This document shows positions 39,614 to 52,238 of a stretch of 64,000 nt of DNA, piece by piece; positions within the stretch are counted from its first letter, which is position 1; each line of letters starts with the position of its first letter. The stretch comes from Fimbriosthenelais zetlandica. Its lineage: Eukaryota. The position numbers and the translations under genes are program-made. Location of the stretch: assembly GCA_977030845.1 (NCBI GenBank), contig OZ365109.1, positions 17,422,001 to 17,486,000 of the forward strand. The letters run 5' to 3'. The notes under the pieces are model-generated. The model was not told where the DNA came from and made no database searches. It worked only from the letters and a program-made list of their open reading frames with translations.

Positions 39614-42212
39614 GTGTCAGTCCATGGATGGACCATGCAAAATCTGCAAAAAGCGATCGGATGGGGGGTCAGAATTTCTTCCCCAAATTTTTACCATAGG
39701 TTGGCCTTAGGATCAGGTGAAGACATGTAAGAGCTTTCGCCAAAAAATTCCACGGTTTTTGAGTGAGGAGAAAAAATGTTTTTAGGCCATTTTCCCTTGA
39801 AATTAAGGGTTATATTTTACTTAAATTAGACCTTTTTGTGCGGCTTTTTATGCCTTAATGAGTAGATGAGACCTCTTCTGCTTATGGGCAAACGAAAATT
39901 GAATGTTTTGGGCAATTTTTCACTATATTTAATTTTACTAATTCTTACGTCTATTAAAGGAACCATGCCCCTTAAAGTAGCACTGTCCCTAACTACCAAA
40001 AATCATGCTTTCTGTTCTTAGCAATATCTCAGATGGTACAGGGATTGAGAAGTTATCCTTTTCACATTATGAAGGCATAATATGGTTCTACAATTTGGAA
40101 GCATAAAATCTTTGGGCGCTCTTTCTGCAACTGTGTAATTGCAAGCCAATTTTGACCAATTTTCACACATTTTCCAGTGGGGTTTCTAATGTATGCCTAA
40201 TCCCGTGGCCCTTCAGGGCTTAAATTTATTTTATTGCATCAAAATATCTGCAGGTAGGGTGCAAGGGTTAAAAAATTCTTAAGTGCCATTTGTTTCTGGT
40301 ATTTATAGGTGACACCAGGGGGCGTTTTATCCAAATATTTTCATTTTTTCCACTCTGTAAAGTTTATTATTTGAAATAGAGCTTAGTATGAATTAAATGC
40401 ATTAAAGTACATGGAAGGATCTTTACAGACATGTATTGTATTATACATTTGACCTTTTAGTTGATTTTTCATGATTTTTTGAATATTTTCCATTTCGACC
40501 AAACTCGGTATAAATCCAATTGTTGTTGCAAACACAAAGGGAATACTAAAAAACAGTAGGTCAGACAACTTTGATGACTTTAATGGATTGTAAAAGCATG
40601 AAAAGGACTTTCCTTTGATATATACGGAATGTTATTTTGGCATAATACATGTATATTGAAAACGCCCTTAAAATGTAGCACATTTTTGACTTCAATGTTG
40701 AAATTGATTTTATAGCATAGAAAATTCAAATAGGGTCCAAGGTAAATATTGGGTAGACCTAGCATTTATTTATCACTTTTTAGGTAGGTCGGGCGGCTTT
40801 GTCGACATTAAATGATTTGTAGCGCATGAAAAGGTCTTTATTTTGATATAATTTGACCAAAATTGAAAATATTCAAAAAATCATAAATAATCACCTAAGA
40901 GGTTGAATTCATAATGCAATACATGTCTGTAAAGGTGCGTTCATGTACTTTAATTCGTCTAATTCATACTCAGCTATATCTTCAACAATAAACTTGCCTG
41001 AGAAGAAAAAGGGAAAATATTGCAATAAAACGCCCTCTGGTGGCACCTGAGCAAAAAAAATGGCACCCTAGATTTTCGTAAACCTTGGATCCTATTTGAA
41101 TTTTATATGCCGCAAAGTCAATTTTAATATTGAAATCAAACAGGATTTCATAGGCTACAATAGAAACCGCACTATAGGGATTCTGAAATAAAAGCCGTTT
41201 TCAATACATGTATTAGGCAGAAATGATATTTCTTATATATCAAATGAAAGCCCCTTTCATGGTCTACAATCCGTTTAATGTCGACAAAGGTGTGTAGCCT
41301 CCCGTTTTTGAGTATTCACTCGATGTTTGCAACAACAATTGGATTTATACCAAATTTGGCCAAAATGGAAAAAATATTCAAAAAGTCATAAAAATTCAAC
41401 TAATAGGTAAAATGTATAATGCAATACATGTTTGGAAAGGGCTCATGTACTTTAATACATCCAATTCATGCTAAGCTCTATCTCTAAGAACAAACTTGGC
41501 AGAGTGGAAAAAGTGAAAATATTGGGATAAAACGCCCCCTGGCGGCACCTAAAAATATCAGAAAAAAATGGCACCTTTGATTTTCTGAATCCTTGTACCC
41601 TAACTGAATTTTATATGCAATAAAATTAATTTCAGCACTAAAGGCACACAGTATAACATTAGAAAGCCTACTATATTTTGCGATAATTTGCCATTTTTCA
41701 TCCAATTCCTATCCTTTCCCTGAAGTAGCGCCCAAAGATTTTATTCTTGAATTTAGAGTATCTAGGTATGCGCTTCAGAGTGAGGGGTTCTTTATCATTC
41801 ATCTCCCTGTACCATCGGAGTTATAAGGGTCTCTTTTCACCAATGTCAAAATGGGATTCCGGGAGGAGGGATACTCTAATGCCTGTATCTTCCACATGGT
41901 GGCGCATATCGCCCTGACCTTCCATGTAAAAGAAGACCAAATCATAGCGAAACCTCATACCAAAGGGCTATTCAATGCGAATTGTACATTTCTGTTGGCG
42001 AGAACTGAAAGAAACACATAAATTTCTCATCAAAAAGTACTGAATTTACCCAAAATCGAACTTTAGCCCATAACTCCATAACCAGGTAATCAATCGGGCT
42101 AATATCATGCATGTTTTCATCATTCAGTAGGAGGGTCCTACACACCAAATTTCATTAAAATCCGTTGACCCCCATCCGATCGCTTCTGCATGGTCTACTC
42201 GTGGACACGCAC
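39614..42212. mobile_element. TTAA-flanked non-autonomous DNA transposon (outer element) with ~110-bp imperfect TIRs
   Basis: TTAA lies at 39610-39613 and 42213-42216. The ends are inverted, e.g. AAGCGATCGGATGGGG 39651-39666 vs CCCCATCCGATCGCTT 42170-42185, and GGACCATGCA vs TGCATGGTCT. No transposase ORF is present. Confidence 0.65.
39972..41879. mobile_element. Foldback element with ~700-bp diverged inverted arms and an internal third partial copy (possibly Kolobok-type), nested in the outer element
   Basis: Arms ~39972-40700 and ~41190-41879 are reverse complements. Anchors: a perfect 28-bp match 40507-40534 vs 41324-41351, and CTCAGATGGTACAGGGA 40028-40044 vs TCCCTGTACCATCGGAG 41804-41820. 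~40860-41140 is a direct repeat of ~41365-41640. The left end is TTAA|AGTAG; the right end is degenerate (TACTCTAA). The superfamily call is inference. Confidence 0.75.
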
Positions 42213-45200
42213 TTAATGACATTAGTTTTGGGACAAAACTACATGTATTCATTGCTTTGTACCCTCCGTCCAATATAAGCAACCAATGGGACCCATATAC
42301 ACAGCCTTCCCAACTTCGCAAGATCAATACACACTTTCCAGGTACAGTGTATTATATATACACACAATATTACAGACCACACACACCGCCCATCATAAAA
42401 GCAAACAGTTCCTATATGGAAAGGCAGGGCAAACTTTTGTCCCAAATACCCATTGGGAAATGTCCCTATAGAAAGAGAGTCAATGCTATTGATCTATTGT
42501 AAAATGATGTATCACTTTCTGGTGTGCCTCTAGCTTGGCCACCCCGATAGAAAGGCCGCTAGAATTAGGATCTAGGAGTGAAAAGCTTTTGGTGGTAATT
42601 TGGAACTGCAATTACCACTGAGCCGTCAGATAAAGGTAATGAGACTGAATGCAGCCGAGCCACTCCCCATTCTATATTTATTCCCCCGCTCCTCCACCCA
42701 TAAAAGCAGAGCCCTTTCCCAAAGCATTTCAACTTGGGCTGTTACTTTTCCATCCATACATGTAGCGCTATACATTCACACACATATATATAGAGTTTTC
42801 CCCACCCATGGAAGGTGAGACACATAAATAACATAGCCTCTAAATATTAACTCTGATAGATCCACAAATGTGCGGAGGTGTCACAGACACCGACTCAGAG
42901 AGAGAGAGAGGTGGAGGGAGGTACTGTATTCAGTTATGGCCCTGTGGCACGCAAATGGGCCACAACAACTTGGCCCAGACGAGCCGGGAGGTGGGGGGAC
43001 CTTGTCAGAGTGCTTCAGACATGAAGGTCTTCTAAAGGCTGGTAGATACTACATGACCTTTATGACCGGCGCGCCAATATGACCTCACCTTTGTATTCCT
43101 TCATGGAAAAGGTGGAGGTAAACAAATTCGCCGTTTCCATGCGTCGTCTGAACAAGGAGGGTCTTCTTCTCACAGTAAATAGAAGATGGGTGCGCGTGGA
43201 TGATGGGGCTGGAAACGCTTAGTCTGTATGGGTGGATGGAGGCAAATAAGAATAGAAAGGAAGATGGATAAAGTGGGTACACGTGTGGCTCGATTAATGG
43301 GGAATTATAATATTATCTCTACTTGGTTATGCTTTCTCTGTACATATTGTCGATCCAATTTCAAGATCAAGATCCAATCCTAATTCAGAATATGTATAAA
43401 TTAGGAATTGCAATTCCTGCGTTTGAAAAGAAATTCTTTCTCAATGTAAACAACCTATCTGAAAAGCAAAGTACAGTGTTTTGAATTCCAGATCCATTTA
43501 ATCCTGTAATAGCCTACTTTAGAATTAAGTTCTTTTGCTAAGAAAACAAGATAGGCAAATGTATCGCCCTCCTTTGAAGGATTTTAATTAAACATTTTAA
43601 TTAAGCATGTTTCGTACATGGGTATTCAAACAATACCCGTGCATGTTTAATAATGTGAATGCACTTTTTAACACAAAATTATGGGTCGCGACAATGAATT
43701 CTTGAATTTATCTCTATGAAATATTGAGATTTTTCCTTTACCAACATCGGTGACAGCCTCTTGAGAACCCATGACATACTTAAAGCCATAATTGATACAT
43801 ATTGTCATTGGCGAATGAGATTGTTAAGGAAAAATTAGTGAACATGGTTGAGGAGGGGCTGGCTGGTTGGTTGCCGCAGTAGGTGGTGGCGACACTGCGT
43901 CTACTGCCCTCTAGTATGGTCGCTCATAACCAGCGGTCCTGCGACTCATAACCGATGAAACACACATGATAACCAATCTCAATTATCCCGGGACCTCCTA
44001 CTACTACACCCCACACTCACTACTTCAATAACCCGCCCATATATAATCACTTTTGTTAGGACACATATATATTTGAAATGGGATGAATAAGTGGGAGTGC
44101 ATGCATGGGATGCCTCCTCAGGGGAGGAGGGATCTTATATTTGACGGTATATAGGCGCTGAGGGAAATTAGTCCATACATAGGGCCTATAAGCCTTTAAG
44201 CATGATGGGTTTATGTGTAATTTAATGCTCTGCTTCAAGCGTATACAAAAAAATGGACCTTGGTGGGTTTTCAATACTTATCAATATGCTGTTACTAATG
44301 CGATGTAGCCTACATTAGGCCTATACATTTGCGATCATATTCAGCGTTTTATCACAGAAATTTAGAAAACACTTTTCTTTCTTTATTCACTTGAAACTTG
44401 CATTTTTTTAATCATCATTTCCTCATGCCATTGTATACACAACAATTATATTTAGATGCTTAGTCAGCAGTATGTATAAGCCTGTTACGTATGGATTCCA
44501 GGGGCCAATTCATAGAAAGGTGTGCGACATTTGTTAATGGTAAATCAATCACCAATACCGATTGCCTCAAAAATGAGTAGGGCCTATCGTAAGAATAATT
44601 TTGTCAGAATCTCGCATGTCCGTACTTTAGGCCCAGTAAAATATCAGATACTGTGTTCATAGTATACGTATAGGCCTAAGCCTAGGTCGTGATTGTTGAC
44701 ATGAAGAATATTAGGCCTAACTTATAGGCGTAGCCTATGCCTATTCAAAGGTCTATAGGTTAATCTACGGCTACGATTAGCTAGGCCTAGGCATATAGTA
44801 GGCCTGCTTAGATTATCCAATCATACGAGTTCAGCATCACTAAAGACCCCCCGACAAGATCAAGTTTAAATAGGAAACAGACATTAGGCCTATATCACTA
44901 TCTCATTGCCTCACACAAGATGCTTGTCTTCAGAATCTGCGGCACGTCATTAGTTGGTAATTTCAGGGCTGGGTAGCTTGTAGCGCCGGCGGGCGGGTGG
45001 TTGTGAAGTCGAACTCGGGTCTTGGGCATCAGGGCAGCCCGCCATCCGCCCGGCCCGTCGCTCGGTCTTCCGGCGGGGGGTAGCCGGGAAGCCGGGGAGG
45101 CGCAGCCGGGCGACCGTGTCGGTGATGGCTATTTGGACGCTGATTGCGGCCATCCATCACACCTGAACAAGGGGTTGATCACAGGCGCCCCACTGGTAGG

Positions 45201-46752
45201 GTACGGGCGTCCACCCTGACCCAAAGACAAGTCGAGATCAATGGTGGGTCATCATTCTACAATTCTTACTGAATTGAGAAAAATCGACCGTATTGGTTTT
45301 TGGTCTGTTGGCTGTCCAAACTTTCCTTTAAATTTAAGGTTTTGGTCGCAAATAATTCTATCAACTGGATGCATTTCTGCATGTGAAATCTGGCACCTTA
45401 AAGCCAATGGAGGTCAGCTTGATGAGGGCAATGGAAAGCATTTTTCATAATAGGCTTACTTAATAGGAAATCAATTTCCCTTTCCTGACGCGTGTCAAAT
45501 TCAAAAGCATCTTCACGTAAACCTCGAAAGTCCTACGCATTACTTCAGGAGGGCAAGATCAGGAAGAAAAGCTATGGTATTTCACTGGTAATTTTGTGTC
45601 TGTTGCCGGATAGTATAGCTTACATTTTTTCTTTTATCGACATTTATTTGCGGACAAGGTGTGGCGGTGGCATTTGTTGGGACCGTATAGAACACACGGT
45701 AGGCTATATAGAGGCATCGAGCGCCGCTGGAGTGGCTACTTATGTTCGCCACCCATACATTATAGAATGATGAATCGCAATGACCAAATAAGTATCTAAG
45801 GAAATAGGACAGACACTGCGGGCAGTGAGTGTATCGACCCTTTTATCCGTCCAAATATTGGGCAAGGTGGCAACCTTTACTATGTATCTAGATTAGACAA
45901 AATCAACAATTTATTCCTTACAGTACTACACTGTAGACTATGGGTATAGATATATGTAGGCGTATAGGCCTACTCCCACGCATACCAGGGGTCGCTTCAA
46001 AAGACTAATATGATAAACCTTTCTATATTTTGTTCTAAAACTCATTCATGGAAGGGTATAACTAGTGAAGATACCGTTTCAAAAGTCATTAAAGTTATTT
46101 CTTTTCTTTTTTTAAGCCAGCACGAGTGATGCATGTTTTACGTCATTAAGAAAGGAATTAACAATTTATGAGTGCATTTTCAAAATTAAAGTTCGTAGAG
46201 GAAAAAAAAGATTCATTATCTTTGTGAGGCTGTTTAATTTCCTCCACAAAGGGAAGGGTTTTAGATGGGAAAAATGCACGAACAAAGAATGTTGCTCTAT
46301 CTACATAGTCAAGAAACGACGCTATATAGGCTAGGCCTATAGTTAGTAATCTCATTTTGAAGCGTTATATTTCTTGAAATATAAGCAATATAATAAATAA
46401 TAGGCCCAATTCCATCATAACATATATATAAATGTTAATTCCGAAGACCTTATTATATTAAGAAGTGAGAGTTATGCACTAGGCCTATAATACACTTTTA
46501 TGGTGCGACGCAAGCTCCACTGCGCCCCCTTGGAACACATCTGCAAACTACTGATAGAATCGCAGGATGGCTACAAAGTAAAACTTTTTAATGATATAGG
46601 TATATAATGCTTTGGATAAAAATGTTTGGTAGCATTGAAGCATAGAAGTTATGTCATTTACGATAGAAATGTACACTTTATCCCCGAAGTTCTTACAATT
46701 TTCTTGATCTCTTTTCTGCCTGACTCTAGCATTCACTCTTTCGATCCCGCAG

Positions 46753-46952
46753 AGGATTTCGACTAGCTGAAGGTTCGAGCAAAGAATAAGCAATTCGCGA
46801 GCACCAAAGTTTATCAAACACCAACATTTCGTGCAAACATTTGTACATGGAATCGCAGACGACGTAAACAGCAGTGAATAATTCAGAAGCAACCATGAGG
46901 CTTCCATGGCCTCACTCCCCAATGGGCGCGGCACGAGCGCGCAGGGCTGGGG
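46753..46952 (+). other. Candidate 200-nt exon
   Basis: CTGAC at 46720, a pyrimidine tract and cgcag| acceptor, and a GG|GTAAGT donor at 46953 followed by G-runs. A further strong acceptor (ctctccctcag|) ends at 47080. Confidence 0.3.
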
Positions 46953-48044
46953 GTAAGTGGGGTGGGTTGGGAGGGGGGAGGGGCGGCACCCTTCTTCTAT
47001 AAGGTCGGAAGTACTACTAATGCCAGTTGGAAAAGAGAAAGGTTGGGAGAGTTCTCTCTCCTCTCTCCCCTCTCCCTCAGTACCACGCACTCTCTGAATT
47101 ATGCCACGCAAGTTGCCAACATTGATAACATTCTTGCATGTTGCGAGCCCACCAATCGTGACTGGAGCAAAAGCAGGCTTCAACCTACCCCTCCCCGCTT
47201 CTCCTCCTGTTTCCACTATTCCCCTCTCTTCCACAGCGCCAGCTCCAGAGGGCCAGTATCCAGGGTTTTACTTGAAAGGATGTGAACGTGTGAAATCACA
47301 CAGGTTTTCCTCTCATGTGACCAATACAAGAGGACCCACTCGCTTCCTTACTAACCTCATTATCATCGTCCCCCCGGAGGATTTCTATAATAAAACATGT
47401 GGGTCTAGAGGGAACAAGGGAAACGGTGCTCTGGGTTCTGGCGCGGGGGAACATGCATGGATTCATGCACGCATGAAGGATAGCCCGGATATGATTTAAA
47501 TGGTTTCACATAAAAATGATTTTTCCATCGCCTTAGCTAAAATAATGGAGAAAGAAATGATGACACTGAGTCATAAGATGAATGTGCGCGCCAGAAAATC
47601 GGCGCGACGCAATAAAACTGTATTATCGTGTGAGAAATGGCGATTGAAGTATCCATTTATGCGCGCGATGTCTTTGAAATAATACCCTATTATGTATCTA
47701 TGTGTAAAGCTCTTAAAATTAAATATCTTTCACATAATGGTAGCCTACCTGCAGCGGTTTGTCGATATCGTCACATGGTTGCCGAGTATACTTGTATATG
47801 GAATTACATGCTTTCAACATTGTCCATGATTGAAAAGGGAAATGCATGGCAGGGTCGCTGCTGGAATTCTGAAAAATTGTGTATATTAAAGGCTCAGAAA
47901 AAGAAACATTAATAACCTGCAATCACACATATGATAATCTAGCATCAAGTACTTTTCATACAGAGAACCCCATCGCGACCAGAATAATTTTGAATTGTAA
48001 ACAATACGATTGTGTATAGACCTAACGCCAATCATGAAACTAAT

Positions 48045-48126
48045 ATCTTTCCATTTGAAAATAGATAATTACATCTATTTTCAAATGGAAAGATAGATGT
48101 ATACATCTATTTTCAAATGGAAAGAT
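48045..48126. repeat. 22-bp perfect palindrome with a duplicated right arm
   Basis: ATCTTTCCATTTGAAAATAGAT (48045-48066), a 6-nt loop, the reverse complement at 48073-48094, and that arm again at 48105-48126. Confidence 0.9.
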
Positions 48127-48835
48127 CGAGGTTTCAACGCGCATTAATGAATAGAAACATTAAAAATGTCATTAAACAAATCGCTATTATTTAGCCATTG
48201 GTATTCCTGAAATTTCGATTTTTATGTCGGAAATGTACACATCGAACATCGGAGGATAAGTTACTAAAACCTGGCACAGACAAGACATATCCGCATTTTG
48301 GTGGTTCCCGAGCAATTACTGTCACCACAGACAAGAAGTGCTGTGGCCCATACATCATTTCCATTTACACAGCAGAATAAACGCGGTAGACATGTGTGCA
48401 TGTATATATATTTTAGCTCAACGTCTAATCGCCTAAAGGTTGGTCATGAATGTGAGCTGCCGACAACTCGATCTGCGAATTAACTACACATACATGTCCA
48501 GTCCAGGCGGGAGGCACCGAGCGTGATGTATAATGCACGAATAGGAGGACATAAAAATACATGTCAATGTATATTATGAATAGTGATGCATCTAGAGGTA
48601 ATGGAAAATAATAAAAGTGACGGGTATAATTAGATCAGTGGTATAGCAGCAAGATATATATAGTCGACTGATAAAGGCACATTTAGGGGCGTTGTTTCTG
48701 TTACAATGATTTTTTCATTTCCTTCATATTTTGTTCTCTAATTTCTATTATAGAGTGTAAAACATACCCTTTCGCCTATATTCTTTTTTATTAATATTTT
48801 CATAGAAGATATGGTCAGATTGACACTGGCCAGGG

Positions 48836-48945
48836 GCCTGTTTCAGTGGTAAAATTTTATATAGACTAGTATTGCTAATGGTTGTTTTGAAACAGGTTGC
48901 TTCCTGGAGCCTTTTTCAAAATTAATCTGCTAATATTACTTTTCA
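48836..48945. mobile_element. Type A mini-MITE (reverse orientation) followed by a degenerate type B start
   Basis: GCCTGTTTCAGTGG...ATTGCTAATGGTTGTTTTGAAACAGG, then CCTGGAGCCTTTTTCAAAA...GCTAATATT. Confidence 0.6.
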
Positions 48946-51900
48946 GAGGGGCTTTAGTTCGGCCCAGAGCTTCCACTGGCCCCCCGTCGACCAAAATAGC
49001 TTTCCTGACAGACACAGTCTATATAAGAAAATGTTATAAAAAAACATAACGAGAAATATATGGAACAATACTGCTCCTGGGGTACTGCTCATGAATTACA
49101 TAGGCATATATAACATAAGCGCACATTTGCGGAATCCAGAAACGTATTCCATTTTTGCATATATCTTGCGAGTTATGGACATGAAGACTAAACATGAAAA
49201 GCATGAGGAATTGATTCATAAAGACGTTGTGCTCCACACTGTGTTCAATAATTTTGATTTGATAGATTTTGAGTTTTGTTCTTTGTCCGATGACAAAAAA
49301 ATCCATTTTGTCAGTGACCAACAATAATGCTCATTAGGAGCACACACAAATGTTGACGTGGACTACTACAGAAAAATAGTAACAATATATATTGTGAATT
49401 GATATGAATGCACATCACGATTGGCCAGCAATCAAATGGCCATCCCGCCGACCACTTGTTTCCCTTGGCATTTGTTCCGACCTTGGCCAAACTTAACATT
49501 GAAATTCCACTTCTATAGGTGTGTATGTTTGAGTAATGGCCATGAAAATGTAATCATTCACGTGTACTATTGCTAGTTCTACCCTGTAAGTTGGCACGTT
49601 TGTACACAAGGTCCTTATATATCAATGTAATCATTGAAACAATGCATTCCATGGCGACATATCTACTCTGGTTGTCATGGGTCTACGTGATTTGATCGAG
49701 ATTTAGCTGGGAAAGTACAAAGACAAAATGATCATTTAATGGGAAATTATTCCCAGCATCGAACTAGCGAAATTTGCTAGTTCTGAGCCATTTCAATAAA
49801 GTGCGATATAAAATTGATCTTAAAAGTATTTTACTTATAGCATTAATACTTATAGCTATAGAGAGGAATAATAATTTAGTAAATTGAAGATATGGTTTTA
49901 ATGGTTATAGGGTGTTTATAAATGGAGGATGGATAGTGTGAAACAAGGAGGTGTTGCGGGTTGGACGCCGCCAGTTTAGAAGTGGGCGTGGCTTCTCACA
50001 GCGGGGGGCTAGGCCACGCCCACCCAAAAAAGGTGAGGAGAAAGCCAACACGACAGCATGTCATTAAAAGTTGTTGGAGGAAGTTCTTCATATATGTAAG
50101 TGTTAGAGACACAATTGAAGTGTGGCTACCATAAATAGTTTTCAATCTAAGGCGTATTATGAAATCCAACTGGATACATGGCTTCTTTTGGATCCTGACA
50201 AGTATCAGACATTCCTTTGAGAAAAAACATAGGCCTATCGAGGCTTACATGTATCAAACATAGGCTAATACGAAATAACTGATGCAATGTATGTTTATGT
50301 TCTCCAGTTAATCTAGAATGTTAATATAATCTCTTTTCATCGTTGGGTGAATGAAATCTATGAAATGATTAATAAGAAATGTTATTGTTCACGGTCTACC
50401 CATGATAATACATGGTAACATGCATGAAGCCAGCCATGCTAGGTTTCATTCCAAGTCATTAGCAAACATCATTCACTATCCTAATTCCCTTTGTTCAACT
50501 CTCACCATAATAAATGAAGGAAGTAAGTTAATTACTGGTGTTTGTGCTAAAAGGAGAAGCGTCCAGTGTAAGGCAATGTTATTTGTAAGAACAGTTGGCA
50601 GTGAGAGCCAAGTCTGAAAGCCTTGTTGTTTAACATTGGCTTCAGGAACCTTTCAAATATTTCTCTACGTCTAACCCCTGGAAATATCTACATGAAAGCT
50701 GGGCCTCGCTAACGATCCTTCACACGAAAGGCATGGCTAATCAATTACCAGTACCACTACCACCTCCTATAAGCCCCCCACCCCCTCCACTCCTCCCCCG
50801 AGCACCCACCCACCCACCATAGCTAGCAATCTGGGACATTGGGGCCTTTCTCAACTTCACACACACAGGCTGTGTCTCTTCAAAGGCGAGTCATCCATCA
50901 AGCGCAAATGACGCCAACTTTCTGCTTAGGGCGTCCATTTCTTAGCTTAGCCATGCAGGTCCCCGCAAACGATGAACTCGCCGTGCCCCCCTTCCTGCTC
51001 TCCCTGGCATTTATTTCCGACCTCTGACGATGCGGGCCTCACCCTCATTTCTAGCCCCAATTCTCTTTTGCATGGCGTTCAGTGACGCATTATTTTTTGA
51101 GGACGAGGGAGCAGTGGGGCCCGTTTCATAAGCTATTCAATCATGATCTCCGTTTTATGGGCAGGAGGGGACAGCGGTCACCTTGGCTTGCGCGACACCT
51201 TGCCTGTTCCACTCCATCCTTTCCACACATACGCGATTAAGTATTATTGAAATCTGACGCACGACTTTTCATAATAAAAATAGAGCCATCCCGGCCAGAA
51301 CTGTGCAGGGGGACATATCTCCTGATTAGGATATAACCAACTCAAGGCACGATTCCTAGTCGAGTGCCGTCGTGCCTATGTGACCCAACGCCCGATATCT
51401 TAGAGCAAGGTGTCGCACATCGCAGCCATTTTGAATTCGGTCGCTGTTTGAGAAAGGAAATGGATTCACTATCGAAAATGGACACGCGCTTGATGGATCG
51501 GCTCTGTCGGCTGCTTGCCGCGCCTTCCCCTCCCTCCGACTTTTACTTGATTAATGGCAGGCAACTTCGGAAAGGATTTTTGCTAAAATTGACGACGTAA
51601 TGATTTATTTGGTGTGCCGGCTGCTGTGCTACATCAAGCCCTCTCGTGGCGGACAAAAATCACTGCGGGGCGAAGTAAATAATGCGTGGCCGAAGCTTCC
51701 ACTTCTCTGTGGAATTTTATGTGGAATATTAAATGGGACATTGCCACGAAGTTGAGAGACAGAGTCTGCTAAGCAATCATGGCTTTGGTATTATAGATCT
51801 ATTGGCATGGCCTCGACTATAACCTGTTTTTGAGAAGCCATTTCACCAATTACCTCCATAATTCCCTGGCCTAGCTATAGCAGCGGTAGCAAAAAAGGGA

Positions 51901-52098
51901 GGTCGTTACCATTATACTTGCAGACCTGCCTGATAAGTCTTGATAAGCCAATAATTTACCAAAACATGCCAATCGTCCAACTCGCCATAGAAGTGTTACA
52001 ATGAAGAAAGTCAATTCATTGGGGGCTACTCAATATTGTAGGCTTACATGTGTATCTATACTACAGTATACATGTATGTACAACCTCACAAAATGAAT

Positions 52099-52238
52099 TG
52101 TTTCAAAGGGAGCATAAGTCCATATAGCTAATAATTATTTTTTTGAAACGGGCTCCGGGAGTTCATTTTAAAACGAATATATATTTGCAACGAGAATCTA
52201 TGACTCTAGGTCAATATATTTTTTGGAAATGGGCCCCA
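52099..52238. mobile_element. Degenerate adjacent pair of mini-MITEs
   Basis: TGTTTCAAAGG...TTTTGAAACGGGCTCC, then CGG, then GAGTTCATTTTAAAACGAATAT...GGAAATGGGCCCC. Confidence 0.45.

Noticed and set aside
45026-45032. Hammerhead ribozyme core on the minus strand
   Set aside because: It reads CUGAUGC rather than CUGANGA, and I found no correctly placed GAAA or stems.
46548-47234. 228-aa minus-strand ORF
   Set aside because: It starts at GTG, has no recognisable domain, and runs through purine/pyrimidine tracts whose splice signals point to the opposite strand.
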